Positions 50,532 through 61,020 are shown, counted from the whole stretch's first letter. The stretch: DNA of 61,159 nt, filler included, from Candidatus Omnitrophota bacterium (GCA_023140385.1; 4 parts of 4 records of this genome joined end to end with filler, not necessarily neighbours in it); one strand, 5' to 3'. The notes: a model not told the origin generated them from the letters alone. Numbers and translations are program-made.

Positions 50532-51472
50532 TTGGCAAACTCCTTCTCTATGCGCCGAATGTCTTCTAAGTTAGCCGCGTTTGAAACTTTTAATTCGGGG
50601 TTGATTCTTTTTAATAAACCCCTTAATATCTGCCCGGGGCCTATCTCAAAAAAAATCCGGCATTCTCTGCCCGCGATATTTTCAACTGACTTTTGCCAGA
50701 AGGTAGTATGATTAACCTGTCGAAATAGATTTTCCTTTATCAGCGCCGGCTCATTTTCATCCCGGGCGGTAACATTAAAGATAACTTTCCCTTTGGGAGG
50801 CGCAATATTGACTTTTTCAAGTTCCTCCTTCAGGCTTTCACTGGCAGATGTCATAAGCTCTGAGTGAAAGGGGCCGGATACTTTAAGAACGATTACTTTT
50901 TTAGCGCCGGCTTCAATAGCCTTAACCTTCGCCTTCTCGATATCATCCTCTCTTCCGGAAATAACTACCTGCCCGGGACAGTTAAGGTTGGCTACGTATG
51001 TTTTTGTGAGTTGAGCAACCTCTTTAGCCTGAGCCGGGCTAAGGCCTATAATAGATATCATTTTGCCGGGGTTTTTTATTGATGCCTCCCGCATTAACTT
51101 GCCTCTCTTGCTTACCAGCGCGACGGCCTCCTCAAAACTCATACTGCTTGCTGATGTTAAAGCGCTATATTCTCCCAAGCTTAAGCCGGCAAAAAAATTA
51201 GCACTAACCATTATCCCAACTTCCTTTAGCGCCTCTAACGCGGCTATACTGGTTGTCAGGATAGCCGGCTGGGATATTTCCGTACTCGCGAGTTTATCCG
51301 CCGGCCCTTCAAAACAGATACCGCTTAGGCTATAACCCAAAATCTCGTCCGCCTTGTCAAAAATATCTTTCGCGCCCTTAAAGTTATCATATAAGTCTTT
51401 ACCCATGCCCGGGTATTGGGCCCCTTGGCCCGGAAAAATAAAGGCAATTTTTTCTTCTATACTTTTTACCAT
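50528..51472 (-). CDS. fabD: Malonyl-CoA:ACP transacylase
   Basis: FPGQGAQ, GLSLGEY, SGPFHS, EIGPG. Confidence 0.96.
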   Translation of the reverse strand: MVKSIEEKIAFIFPGQGAQYPGMGKDLYDNFKGAKDIFDKADEILGYSLSGICFEGPADKLASTEISQPAILTTSIAALEALKEVGIMVSANFFAGLSLGEYSALTSASSMSFEEAVALVSKRGKLMREASIKNPGKMISIIGLSPAQAKEVAQLTKTYVANLNCPGQVVISGREDDIEKAKVKAIEAGAKKVIVLKVSGPFHSELMTSASESLKEELEKVNIAPPKGKVIFNVTARDENEPALIKENLFRQVNHTTFWQKSVENIAGRECRIFFEIGPGQILRGLLKRINPELKVSNAANLEDIRRIEKEFAK

Positions 51473-52455
51473 TTTATAACACAGGCTCCCCAGGTAAGGC
51501 CGCCGCCGAAAGCTGTTAGAACCGCGATATTTCCTTTTCGTATTCGGCCCTTGATAACTGCTTCGTTTAAGGCGGTCGCGATTGAGGCGCTTGACATATT
51601 TCCATAATGTTCAATATTTGTATAGACTCTTTCATCAGAGAGTTTCAATTTTTTGCCGACCGCCCTGATTATTCTTATATTGGCTTGATGAGGCACCAGC
51701 ATATCTATGTCGTCAGGCGTCATTCCACACATTTCAAGGGCTCCAACAGCCGCCTCCGTCATTTTGGTAACTGCTACCTTGAAAAGTTCGCTTCCTTTCA
51801 TCTTAATAAAATGTAGATGTTCATTGACTGTTTGCTGGTTCGAGGGCATTTTAGAACCTCCTGCCGGAATATATAAAAGGCCGCCTTTTCTGCCGTCACT
51901 ACCAAGTAAAATTGACTGGATACCGCTATTTGTATAACCCGGCTGGAGAACGCAAGCACCGGCTCCATCTCCAAATAAGACACAGGTATTTCTGTCAGTC
52001 CAGTCCGTGATGGATGTAAGCTTCTCCGCCCCAATAAGTAAAATATTCTTATAGACTCCGCTGGCTATATACGCCCGGGCGATAGATAATCCGTACACGT
52101 AACCGGAACAAGCAGCCCCGATATCCAAAGAGGCCGCGTTAAAAGCCTTTATTTCAGCCTGAACCAGGCAGGCAGTTGAGGGAAAGTTCATATCCGGCGT
52201 AATGGTGGCCACCATAATAAGTTCTATATCAGAGGGCTTAAGCCCCGCTCCCTTAATGGCCTTTCTGGCGGCTTTAGCGGCCATAGCGGAAGTACTTTCG
52301 TCTTCAGCGGCTATCCGCCTTTGTTTTATGCCCGTTCGAGTGGTAATCCATTCATCAGAGGTATCAATCATTTTTTCCAGGTCATTATTGGTCAGTATTT
52401 TTTTTGGAAAGTAGTTGCCGATACCAGTAATCTTCATTATTTTACTTATCTTCAT
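51466..52455 (-). CDS. fabH: 3-oxoacyl-ACP synthase III
   Basis: AACSG, FGDGAGA, PHQAN, GNMSSAS, FGGGLTW. Confidence 0.96.
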   Translation of the reverse strand: MKISKIMKITGIGNYFPKKILTNNDLEKMIDTSDEWITTRTGIKQRRIAAEDESTSAMAAKAARKAIKGAGLKPSDIELIMVATITPDMNFPSTACLVQAEIKAFNAASLDIGAACSGYVYGLSIARAYIASGVYKNILLIGAEKLTSITDWTDRNTCVLFGDGAGACVLQPGYTNSGIQSILLGSDGRKGGLLYIPAGGSKMPSNQQTVNEHLHFIKMKGSELFKVAVTKMTEAAVGALEMCGMTPDDIDMLVPHQANIRIIRAVGKKLKLSDERVYTNIEHYGNMSSASIATALNEAVIKGRIRKGNIAVLTAFGGGLTWGACVIKW

Positions 52456-52479
52456 ATCAACTCCCGGCGATGAAATCTC

Positions 52480-52578
52480 CTAACCATTTTTGACCGCGTC
52501 TACAATGTGCTGATTTACGTTATGAAGCGCGGCTTCGGCGGCTACCCTGATGGCATTTTTTATGGCCTTGGCGGATGA
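52480..52578 (-). CDS. plsX: Phosphate acyltransferase PlsX, C-terminal fragment
   Basis: Manual translation SSAKAIKNAIRVAAEAALHNVNQHIVDAVKNG*; canonical position before fabH. Confidence 0.8.
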   Translation of the reverse strand, partial: SSAKAIKNAIRVAAEAALHNVNQHIVDAVKNG

Positions 52579-52678
52579 NNNNNNNNNNNNNNNNNNNNNN
52601 NNNNNNNNNNNNNNNNNNNNNNTTAATTAATTAANNNNNNNNNNNNNNNNNNNNNNNNNNNNNNNNNNNNNNNNNNNN
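52579..52678. other. Artificial contig linker
   Basis: N-run with TTAATTAATTAA. Confidence 0.98.
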
Positions 52679-52680
52679 CC

Positions 52681-54561
52681 GGCAAGAAAAAGAAGGGTGT
52701 TGGTAAGCCTGCTCCTAAGCAGAACAGTATTTTTTTGTTTGTTGCTATAGCAAGTTTATTTTTCTTCCTTTTTCTTTATAAAAATTATGTTATGACGCAG
52801 CCTTTGACGTACGGTGAATTTTACGGGATATTGCAGGATAATAAAAATACCGGACGTATTGAGTCGGTTGTTCTTCAGGACAATATTATTCAGGGTGCAT
52901 TTTCAGACGGTAAAGAGTTTCGGGTTGTTATTCCGGCGGATGACCCTGATTTAGTCAAGCTGTTGAAGCAAAATGTAGAAGCTAAAAAATTCTCTGTTAA
53001 ATTGCCAAGTCTTTTAGGGCAGATTCTTATGGCAGTTGTTCCTATGCTGATCTTCATTGGTTTGTTTTGGGTTTTCTTTGTCAAAAGGGCAGCGCAGGAA
53101 GGAAAGCGTATTTTCAGCTTTGGCCAGAGTAAACCCTTTCAGCCAAGCAGCGGCAAGCTTAACATTACCTTTAAAGATGTAGCCGGAGTAAGTGAAGCGA
53201 AAGAAGAGCTGCAGGAGGTAATTGAATTTTTGAAAGAGCCTAAAAAGTTTCAGCGCCTGGGAGGCAAGATTCCTAAAGGTATCCTTCTTATGGGGCCTCC
53301 GGGCTGCGGCAAGACACTTTTAGCCAAAGCTGTCAGCGGAGAGGCTGGGGTTCCTTTTTTCAGCATAAGCGGCTCTGATTTTGTGGAAATGTTTGTGGGA
53401 GTAGGGGCCTCGCGGGTCAGAGACCTGTTTAGCAAAGCAAAAAAGTCAGCCAAACTCAGCGGTAAAGGAGGTATTATTTTTATTGATGAGATAGATGCCG
53501 TCGGCCGTCAGCGTTTCGCGGGTATTGGCGGAGGGCATGACGAAAGAGAGCAAACCCTTAATCAGCTTCTTTCCGAGATGGACGGCTTTAATACTCAGGA
53601 AGGGGTTATTCTGATAGCCGCCACTAACCGCCCTGATGTTTTAGATCCGGCGTTATTGCGGCCGGGCCGTTTTGACAGGCAGATAGTGGTTGACCGTCCG
53701 GACATAAAAGGAAGAGAGGCCATATTGAAGGTGCATAGCCGCACTGTGAAGCTAAGTAAAGACGTAGATCTTGCCCTTATTGCCCGGCGGACGCCCGGAT
53801 TTTCGGGAGCCGACCTGGCCAATTTAGTCAACGAAGCAGCGCTTTTGGCGGCAAGGAGTGATAAAAACGCGGTTGAGACAGAAGAGCTTGAAGCGGCTAT
53901 TGAGCGGGTTATGGCAGGACCTGAAAGGAAGTCAAAGGTTATCAGTGAGTATGAAAAATCAGTTGTCGCTTATCATGAGTCCGGACACGCGCTTCTGGCT
54001 CTTTTGATTAAAGAAGTAGATCCGCTTCATAAAGTATCCATCATACCCAGAGGAGCAAAAGCGCTGGGCTATACCTTGCAGCTTCCGCTTGAAGACAGAT
54101 ATATAGTGACCAAAAAAGAACTTATGGGCAGGCTGGCTGTTCTTTTAGGCGGGCGGGTGAGTGAAGAGTTAATCTTCAAGGAAATTTCAACCGGCGCTCA
54201 GAATGACCTGGAGGTGACTACGAATATAGCCAGAAGGATGGTCTGTGAATTTGGTATGAGTAAAAAGTTGGGACACCTTACCTTTGGCCACAGAAGAGAG
54301 CAGATATTCTTAGGCAGGGACATAGGGGAAGAGAGAAACTATAGCGAAGAAACCGCCTTATTAATTGATAAAGAGGTAAGGTTTATTGTTGATGAAGCTT
54401 ATGATAGAGCCAGCGCTTTATTGATGGAACATAAAGCTGAACTGAAAAAAATAGCCGAGAAGTTAAAGGAAGAAGAAACGCTTTACGCGGAGCAGGTGAG
54501 AAATCTCTTGGGGTTGAAGGATAATGGAAACCAGGATACTGAAGATAGAAAGCCAAAATGA
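52681..54561 (+). CDS. ftsH: ATP-dependent zinc metalloprotease FtsH (5' end probably in the gap)
   Basis: Two TM helices, [18 protein letters not shown] region, HESGH zinc motif; frame open to the gap. Confidence 0.97.
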   Translation, partial: GKKKKGVGKPAPKQNSIFLFVAIASLFFFLFLYKNYVMTQPLTYGEFYGILQDNKNTGRIESVVLQDNIIQGAFSDGKEFRVVIPADDPDLVKLLKQNVEAKKFSVKLPSLLGQILMAVVPMLIFIGLFWVFFVKRAAQEGKRIFSFGQSKPFQPSSGKLNITFKDVAGVSEAKEELQEVIEFLKEPKKFQRLGGKIPKGILLMGPPGCGKTLLAKAVSGEAGVPFFSISGSDFVEMFVGVGASRVRDLFSKAKKSAKLSGKGGIIFIDEIDAVGRQRFAGIGGGHDEREQTLNQLLSEMDGFNTQEGVILIAATNRPDVLDPALLRPGRFDRQIVVDRPDIKGREAILKVHSRTVKLSKDVDLALIARRTPGFSGADLANLVNEAALLAARSDKNAVETEELEAAIERVMAGPERKSKVISEYEKSVVAYHESGHALLALLIKEVDPLHKVSIIPRGAKALGYTLQLPLEDRYIVTKKELMGRLAVLLGGRVSEELIFKEISTGAQNDLEVTTNIARRMVCEFGMSKKLGHLTFGHRREQIFLGRDIGEERNYSEETALLIDKEVRFIVDEAYDRASALLMEHKAELKKIAEKLKEEETLYAEQVRNLLGLKDNGNQDTEDRKPK

Positions 54562-55720
54562 AGCGATTAGAGAAATAAGGAAAGTTGGCGCCTGCCCGGG
54601 GGGCGTGAAATTTATGAGCCCCAAGGCAGTATCTTTGGCGGTAAAGATTAAGGAGCTTAAGTCCGCGGCCTGCAACATAATGAAGCAGGAGATGCTGTCA
54701 CTTGGAGGCGAGGTTGCGGTTTCAAGGGACGCGGTAACTAATAAAGTAAACAAATCAGACTGTCTGATCTTTGGTAATTTATCTCAGATTAAAAAACTCT
54801 GTTTTAAGCTCAATAAGCAGCCGTTTGGTTTAACCGAAATTTCCGGAAAACTGAAGGAGGCTCTTTGTAATTATCAAAAGGACACCTTTAAACTCATCTG
54901 TGGAAAATACAGGCTTTACCCGGGCAGAAGAGTTTATCTTATGGGGATATTAAATGTAACGCCGGACTCTTTTTCGGACGGCGGTTTGTTTTTTAATCCG
55001 CGTAAGGCCGTAGAGCGCGGGCTTGAGATGGCCGGTGAAGGAGCGGATATTATTGATGTAGGCGGTGAGTCTACCAGACCCGGGGCAAAACCCGTAACTC
55101 CGCGCCAGCAGATTAAAAGAGTTGTCCCTGTTATAAAAAGTCTGAGCAAAAGATTAAAAGTGCCGGTTTCTATAGACACGAGCAGCCGCCAGGTAGCCTT
55201 AGCGGCTTTAGAGGCGGGAGCGGCGATTATTAACGATATATCGGGCCTTAAGAAAGATGGCGCTATAGCTGAACTGGCTGTCCGTTTTAAAGCGGGGCTG
55301 GTTCTTACGCATTCAAAGGGCACCCCCCGGACTATGCAGAAAAAGCCGGAATATAAATGTCTGATGCAGGATATTATTAACGGTTTAGCGGAGAGCGTCA
55401 ATAGGGCTTTAGGCGCCGGGGTCGTGAAGGAGCAAATTGTAATTGACCCGGGTGTAGGTTTTGGAAAAACAACGGAGCATAATCTGAAGATATTAAAAAA
55501 CCTGTCAGAACTTAAAGGTTTAGGTTTTCCCATTATGGTGGGCACCTCAAGAAAATCTCTGATTGGAAATATTTTAAAAGTACCTGTTGGCCAGCGGCTT
55601 TTGGGAACAGCCGCCACTGTTACTTATTCTATTATGCAGGGGGCTCATATTGTAAGAGTTCACGATGTAAAGCAGATAAAGCAGGTGATTGTAATGACGG
55701 AATCTATAAAAAGGGCGTAG
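54524..55720 (+). CDS. folP: Dihydropteroate synthase with N-terminal extension
   Basis: [40 protein letters not shown]. Confidence 0.95.
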   Translation: METRILKIESQNEAIREIRKVGACPGGVKFMSPKAVSLAVKIKELKSAACNIMKQEMLSLGGEVAVSRDAVTNKVNKSDCLIFGNLSQIKKLCFKLNKQPFGLTEISGKLKEALCNYQKDTFKLICGKYRLYPGRRVYLMGILNVTPDSFSDGGLFFNPRKAVERGLEMAGEGADIIDVGGESTRPGAKPVTPRQQIKRVVPVIKSLSKRLKVPVSIDTSSRQVALAALEAGAAIINDISGLKKDGAIAELAVRFKAGLVLTHSKGTPRTMQKKPEYKCLMQDIINGLAESVNRALGAGVVKEQIVIDPGVGFGKTTEHNLKILKNLSELKGLGFPIMVGTSRKSLIGNILKVPVGQRLLGTAATVTYSIMQGAHIVRVHDVKQIKQVIVMTESIKRA

Positions 55721-55727
55721 TCAAACA

Positions 55728-56558
55728 ATGAGTGAAACCGTTTTAAAAATTTGGGAGTTAACGGCACCCTTATTAGAAATTGCCATACTCTGGTACGCGG
55801 TTTATATGTTTTTGCTGTTTATAAAAGGTACCAGGACAGTTCAGGTCTTAAAGGGCCTTTTTATTTTAATGATTACTTTTTTCTTGAGCCAGATTTTAGA
55901 TTTGGTGGTTATTAACTGGATTCTATATCGGGCTTTTGGTATTGCGGTTATCGCTTTTTTGATAATTTTTCAGCCTGAGTTAAGAAGAGGACTGGCGCGT
56001 CTGGGGCAAAATCCCTTTTTTGGGGTGTTTTCAAAAGAGCATCGTAAAATTATCGATGAAATAATTAAGGCAGTGATTGTTCTTTCCGGCAAAAAGACCG
56101 GCGCCCTTATCGGCTTGGAAAGAGAGATAGGTTTGCGGACATATATAGAAAGCGGCGTTGTTTTGGCAAGCAGGGTATCAAGTGAAATTATCAGTACTAT
56201 TTTTGTGCCGCACACGCCTCTTCATGATGGAGGTATAATTATAAGGAATGGACGTATTCAGGCGGCAGGCTGCCTTTTCCCTCTAATTGAAAATCCGAAG
56301 ATAAGTAAAACCCTGGGCACAAGGCACAGGGCGGCCCTGGGGTTGTCGCAGGAAACTGATGCTGTTGTGGTGGTTGTCAGCGAAGAAACAGGAGCGGTTT
56401 CGCTGGCCGTTTCAGGTAAGTTAATACGCAATCTGGATGAAAAGGGCTTGAGAAAATCTCTGGATAAACTCTATGGACTGGAAGGGCGCGTAAGTTCAAT
56501 AAGGCGCCATATGGACGAACACGAAGAGGATGGACTTGATGAAGAAATGGTTTCTTAA
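55728..56558 (+). CDS. cdaA: Diadenylate cyclase CdaA
   Basis: 3 TM helices, FQPELRR, PLHDGG, GTRHRAA, VSEETG. Confidence 0.94.
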   Translation: MSETVLKIWELTAPLLEIAILWYAVYMFLLFIKGTRTVQVLKGLFILMITFFLSQILDLVVINWILYRAFGIAVIAFLIIFQPELRRGLARLGQNPFFGVFSKEHRKIIDEIIKAVIVLSGKKTGALIGLEREIGLRTYIESGVVLASRVSSEIISTIFVPHTPLHDGGIIIRNGRIQAAGCLFPLIENPKISKTLGTRHRAALGLSQETDAVVVVVSEETGAVSLAVSGKLIRNLDEKGLRKSLDKLYGLEGRVSSIRRHMDEHEEDGLDEEMVS

Positions 56559-56946
56559 TAATCCCGGCTTGAAAATTACTGCTTTGATTTTAGCTGTCTT
56601 TTTGTGGTTTTATATCTCAATGGAAGTTACTGCCAGGTATAAGATAAAAAGGAAAGAAGTTGAAGGAGTGCAGGTTGATATTTTAAGGCGGAAGGGAGAA
56701 ATTGTCCTTGGTCCTTTTATGGTTAGACTTGACCCGGAAAAGGTTAATCTGAGTATTGAGGGGCCCAGAGAAAACTTGGAAGATATGGGTACGGACAAAA
56801 TAATCGCTTTTGTTGACATAACAAATATTGAAAAAGAGGGCATATACCTTCTTCCGGTTAAGGTTATTCTGCCGGATAAGTTAAGGTTATCCTTTCAAAA
56901 TCCGGGTTGTACAGTTGAACTAACCAGGCGTAAGGTGGTTGAGTAG
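56539..56946 (+). CDS. Short CdaR/YbbR-like regulator
   Basis: N..LKI.ALILA..LW N-terminal anchor and one YbbR-like domain; lies between cdaA and glmM. Confidence 0.75.
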   Translation: MKKWFLNNPGLKITALILAVFLWFYISMEVTARYKIKRKEVEGVQVDILRRKGEIVLGPFMVRLDPEKVNLSIEGPRENLEDMGTDKIIAFVDITNIEKEGIYLLPVKVILPDKLRLSFQNPGCTVELTRRKVVE

Positions 56947-56949
56947 GTT

Positions 56950-58320
56950 ATGGAAAGATTATTCGGAACGGACGGTATAAGGGCGAAGTTTGGGGAACAT
57001 CCCTTAACCCGGGACTTTATCCGACAAATAGGAGCCGCCCTTGGCAGTATCCTAAGCCGCAGGAGTTCGAATCCCAGGCTGCTCATAGGTAAAGACACAA
57101 GATACTCCGGGGATGAACTGGAGAGATTTTTAATAGAAGGTATTTCGTCATACCCTGTAGAGATGAACTGTCTTGGCATTCTGCCGACGGCCGCTCTCTC
57201 TTATTTAAGCAGAGAACATAATGCAGACCTTGGTATTATGCTTTCAGCTTCTCATAATTTAAGTGAGGACAACGGAATTAAACTTTTTAATTCAAGCGGA
57301 TTGAAAGTTTCCAATGAGGACGAACTGGAGATTGAGGCTGTTATCAGGGAGGGAGTTAGGGGTGGGGCCTTCAAGCGGCCGGAAGCGGATAAACTGAAGA
57401 TTAAAAGCATTGAGTCCGGGCAGGCGCTTGATAGTTATATTAACTTTTTAAAAGAAGCGGCCGGGGATGTTGATTTAAAGGGCTTTAAAGTGGCTATAGA
57501 CTGTTCACACGGAGCGGTCAGCGGTATAGCGGACAGGGCTCTCCTTGAATTAGGAGCGGAGGTAGATACTTTAAATAACGAACCTGACGGAAAAAACATA
57601 AACCAAGACTGTGGTAGTCAGCATCCGGAGGTTGTCGCGCGTTACGTGGCTGAGAACAAGATGGATGTTGGTTTCTCGTTTGACGGTGATGGAGATAGGG
57701 TAATTTTAATAGATGAGAAGGGCCGGGTTTTAGACGGGGATTACATTTTGACAATGCTCGGACTTAATTTACAAAAAAAAGGAAAGCTGAAAAAAAATAC
57801 ATTGGTAGCGACAGTGATGAGCAATATGGGCTTGGATGAAGCTATGAAAGAATATGACATTAGGGTTTTAAGAACCGCGGTAGGGGATAAAAATGTTGTT
57901 GAGGGGATGCTGAGGGAAAAGTTAAATTTAGGCGGGGAGCAGTCAGGCCATATAGTTCTTCTTGATCACAGCCCCACCGGGGATGGTATATTAACCTGCC
58001 TGAAGATATTAGCCTTAATGAAGGAAAGCAATAAATGCGTAAGCGAATTATCAAACTGTATGAGTAAGTTTCCTCAAATATTGCTCAACGTTAAGGTAAA
58101 AGAGAAAAAGAGTTTTGAGGAAATTCCCGGCCTGCCGGAACTGCTCAAAAAAAATGAAGAAGAATTGAGGGGCAGCGGAAGAATGGTTCTTAGGTATTCC
58201 GGAACAGAACCCCTGGCCAGAATTATGATTGAAGGCAAGAATTTACAAATGATTGAAAGGATGTCCCGTGGAATCGCGGACATTATTCAGGAAGGGAATG
58301 GGAGAGTAACTAGTGCTTAA
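56950..58320 (+). CDS. glmM: Phosphoglucosamine mutase
   Basis: FGTDGIR, SASHN, DGDGDR, GGEQSGH, RYSGTEP. Confidence 0.96.
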   Translation: MERLFGTDGIRAKFGEHPLTRDFIRQIGAALGSILSRRSSNPRLLIGKDTRYSGDELERFLIEGISSYPVEMNCLGILPTAALSYLSREHNADLGIMLSASHNLSEDNGIKLFNSSGLKVSNEDELEIEAVIREGVRGGAFKRPEADKLKIKSIESGQALDSYINFLKEAAGDVDLKGFKVAIDCSHGAVSGIADRALLELGAEVDTLNNEPDGKNINQDCGSQHPEVVARYVAENKMDVGFSFDGDGDRVILIDEKGRVLDGDYILTMLGLNLQKKGKLKKNTLVATVMSNMGLDEAMKEYDIRVLRTAVGDKNVVEGMLREKLNLGGEQSGHIVLLDHSPTGDGILTCLKILALMKESNKCVSELSNCMSKFPQILLNVKVKEKKSFEEIPGLPELLKKNEEELRGSGRMVLRYSGTEPLARIMIEGKNLQMIERMSRGIADIIQEGNGRVTSA

Positions 58321-59026
58321 GCTGGGTGTAAACATAGATCACCTGGCTACCTTAAGGGAGGCGAGGAAAATTGCGGAGCCGGATCCGGTTAAAGGAGCGT
58401 TAATTGCCGAGTCTGCCGGAGCCGATTCAATTGTCGCGCATTTGAGGCAGGATAGACGTCACATAAACGAAACGGATGTAAAGCGCCTTCAGGAGGCGGT
58501 TAAAACCAGACTAAATCTGGAGATGTCCGTAAATCCGGAAATTGTTGAAATTATCAAAAAGATAAAGCCTCCGCAGGCAACGCTGGTTCCTGAAAACAGG
58601 CGGGAAATTACAACGGAAGGCGGCCTTGATGTAGTGTCTAACTTTGACCAGATAAAAAAAGTAGTTGACGATTTAAGAAGGAATGATATTATAATAAGCC
58701 TCTTTATTGACCCGGAGCCGGAACAAATTGAGGCGGCTAAGAAAACGGGCGCCGAGGCTATAGAGCTACATACCGGCGGGTACGCGAACGCGAAGGATAA
58801 AACTGAGAAAATAAGGCATCTTAAAAAGCTTAAAGATTCAGCTCTTGAAGGAGTTTCACGCGGTTTGGCAGTTAATGCCGGTCATGGGCTTAATTATGAA
58901 AACGTAAAAGACATTGCTCTGATATCTGGGCTTGATGAGTTAAATATAGGTCACTCAATTATTTCGGAAGCGGTTTTTACCGGCCTTGATAAAGCAGTAA
59001 GGCAGATGAAGGAACTTATAAGTTGA
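58313..59026 (+). CDS. pdxJ: Pyridoxine 5'-phosphate synthase
   Basis: LGVNIDH.ATLR, HLRQDRRH, TTEGG, AGHGL, NIGH. Confidence 0.97.
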   Translation: MLKLGVNIDHLATLREARKIAEPDPVKGALIAESAGADSIVAHLRQDRRHINETDVKRLQEAVKTRLNLEMSVNPEIVEIIKKIKPPQATLVPENRREITTEGGLDVVSNFDQIKKVVDDLRRNDIIISLFIDPEPEQIEAAKKTGAEAIELHTGGYANAKDKTEKIRHLKKLKDSALEGVSRGLAVNAGHGLNYENVKDIALISGLDELNIGHSIISEAVFTGLDKAVRQMKELIS

Positions 59027-59027
59027 T

Positions 59028-59405
59028 ATGATAATTAATTCCGGTATAGATTTAATTGAAGTGAAAAGGATAAAAAAAGCGGCTAATAGATGGGGCAATA
59101 AGTTTATTAAAAGAGTTTTCACCGACGAAGAGATAAGTTATTCTAAGGAAAAAAAGTTTTTTTATCAGCATTTAGCCGCCAGGTTCGCGGCCAAAGAAGC
59201 GGTTTTAAAAGCTTTTGGAGAAGGCTGGAGAGGGTTTGTGAGGTGGAAAGACGTTGAAGTTTTAAAAAACAAAGACGGCAAGCCGCATATTGAAGTATAT
59301 GGGTACCTGAGAGAGCTAAAAAATGAGAAGATGATAAAGAGCATCTCCATTTCTCTCTCTCATACCAAGGATTATGCTGTCGCCAACTGTATACTGGTGA
59401 GGTGA
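59028..59405 (+). CDS. acpS: Holo-ACP synthase
   Basis: GID, RFAAKEA..KA, GKP, SLSH. Confidence 0.95.
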   Translation: MIINSGIDLIEVKRIKKAANRWGNKFIKRVFTDEEISYSKEKKFFYQHLAARFAAKEAVLKAFGEGWRGFVRWKDVEVLKNKDGKPHIEVYGYLRELKNEKMIKSISISLSHTKDYAVANCILVR

Positions 59406-59408
59406 GAT

Positions 59409-60266
59409 ATGGTTAGAGAAACCTGTAATAAAATTATATCTAAAAGAGTTCCCGCTACTCACAAGGGTGATTACGGGCATGTTCTTGTGGTTGCCGGTTC
59501 CATTGGGATGACCGGTGCCGCCTATTTGTGCAGCCAGGCTTCTTTGATTTGCGGCTGTGGGCTGGTTAGCCTGGCTATACCCGCGAGTTTAAACTTAATA
59601 ATGGAGGTAAAGCTGACTGAGGTTATTACCAAGCCGCAAGAGGAGACCATAGAGGGAAGTTTGAGTCTTGGGGCATATGAGCCAATACTCAAATTGGCCG
59701 CGGGCTGTGACGTAATAGCTATTGGCTGTGGTTTGTCAACCAATCCTCAGGTGCAGGAGTTGGTAAAGAAGCTGATTGCCTCAGTTAAGATTCCGGTGGT
59801 TTTGGATGCTGATGGATTGAACGCGGTAGCCGGCACTCCCGACGTTTTAAAAGAGATAAAGTCAAAAGTTGTCATTACCCCTCATCCGGGAGAGATGTCC
59901 AGGCTGGCAAAGATTCAAACAGACGCGGTTCAGGCGGAAAGGCTAAAGATAGCAAAAAATTTTGCCGCTGAATATAATGTGATAGTAACCCTCAAAGGAC
60001 ACAACACGGTTGTCGCGGGAGAGGATGGTTTAAGTTTCGTTAATAGTATTGGTAATCCCGGGATGGCAACAGCCGGCATGGGAGACGTCCTGACGGGCAT
60101 GATAGCCAGCTTTATTGCGCAGGGCTTAGAGCCTTTTGATGCCGCTAAGCTGGGGGTTTATTTGCATAGTTTGAGTGGAGATATAGCCGCGTCAAAAAAA
60201 GGACAGATTAGCCTGATTGCCTCCGACATTTTAGAGCATATACCGGATGCTATCAGAAAGATATAA
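59409..60266 (+). CDS. nnrD: ADP-dependent NAD(P)H-hydrate dehydratase (no epimerase domain)
   Basis: HKGDYG, DADGLN, TPHPGEM, GMGDVL motifs. Confidence 0.92.
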   Translation: MVRETCNKIISKRVPATHKGDYGHVLVVAGSIGMTGAAYLCSQASLICGCGLVSLAIPASLNLIMEVKLTEVITKPQEETIEGSLSLGAYEPILKLAAGCDVIAIGCGLSTNPQVQELVKKLIASVKIPVVLDADGLNAVAGTPDVLKEIKSKVVITPHPGEMSRLAKIQTDAVQAERLKIAKNFAAEYNVIVTLKGHNTVVAGEDGLSFVNSIGNPGMATAGMGDVLTGMIASFIAQGLEPFDAAKLGVYLHSLSGDIAASKKGQISLIASDILEHIPDAIRKI

Positions 60267-60278
60267 ACAGTGGTTATT

Positions 60279-60354
60279 GCCGGTGTAGCTCAGTTGGTAG
60301 AGCACCTCACTTGTAATGAGGATGTCGGGGGTTCGAAGCCTCTCGCCGGCTCCA
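60279..60354 (+). tRNA. tRNA-Thr(TGT)
   Basis: Cloverleaf; anticodon arm CCTCA-CTTGTAA-TGAGG; encoded CCA. Confidence 0.96.
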
Positions 60355-60440
60355 GAATATAAAAAAGTCATAAGACGCAAGGGCGCAAGTACAAACGTAA
60401 GACAGAGAACGGAAAAGCAAAAGTTATACATCCTATTTTT

Positions 60441-60525
60441 GGGCAGGTTCCAGAGTGGTCAAATGGAGCAGACTGTAAATCTGCTGGCGATGCCTTCGGA
60501 GGTTCAAATCCTTCCCTGCCCACCA
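60441..60525 (+). tRNA. tRNA-Tyr(GTA)
   Basis: GCAGA-CTGTAAA-TCTGC arm, long variable arm, encoded CCA. Confidence 0.96.
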
Positions 60526-60526
60526 T

Positions 60527-60640
60527 AAAAGCTAAAAGCGCAAAGCGCAAAACTGAGGTTGAAAATTCAAAACCATAGATCAAAATTAAAAAGTTTAAAA
60601 TATAATTTTGATTTTTGCGTTTTGTTTTTTTCATTTTTAA
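60527..60640. repeat. 7-nt periodic imperfect inverted array in the Tyr-Gly spacer
   Basis: AAAGCTA-AAAGCGC-AAAGCGC-AAAACTG... followed by TTTTGAT-TTTTGCG-TTTTGTT-TTTTTCA. Confidence 0.6.
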
Positions 60641-60641
60641 T

Positions 60642-60715
60642 GCGGGTGTAGTTTAGTGGTAGAACGATAGCCTTCCAAGCTATACACGAGGGTTCGATTC
60701 CCTTCACCCGCTCCA
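60642..60715 (+). tRNA. tRNA-Gly(TCC)
   Basis: ATAGC-CTTCCAA-GCTAT arm, encoded CCA. Confidence 0.96.
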
Positions 60716-60782
60716 GAAAATATGAAAAGTTAAGACTTAAAATTTACAACTTTTTTTAAAATATTTTTTTATTAAAAAAAAC

Positions 60783-60810
60783 TTGACAAATATTAACTTT
60801 CTGTTAGAAT
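60783..60810 (+). promoter_or_regulatory. Sigma70 promoter (TTGACA-16-TAGAAT, extended -10) inside the tRNA cluster
   Basis: AT-rich UP-like tract, TTGACA 60783-88, TG 60802-03, TAGAAT 60805-10. Confidence 0.65.
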
Positions 60811-60892
60811 ACTGAACTTACAAAATGCTAAAAGGGTGCTGTGTCTATTTTTATGTTCATTTATTGTAACTTTATATAATACAGTAAGTTAT

Positions 60893-60968
60893 GCCCTTGT
60901 AGCTCAGTTGGTAGAGCGCGTCCTTGGTAAGGACGAGGCCGTCGGTTCAAATCCGATCGAGGGCTCCA
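60893..60968 (+). tRNA. tRNA-Thr(GGT)
   Basis: CGTCC-TTGGTAA-GGACG arm, encoded CCA. Confidence 0.96.
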
Positions 60969-61020
60969 GATAAAGAAGTGTGTTTGTAATTCTCGGCGGA
61001 GTTAATATAAATAAGGAAAG

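Noticed and set aside
54934..55617. 227-aa antisense ORF and the many other short opposite-strand ORFs in the track
   Set aside because: Shadows of well-conserved genes with no recognisable motifs
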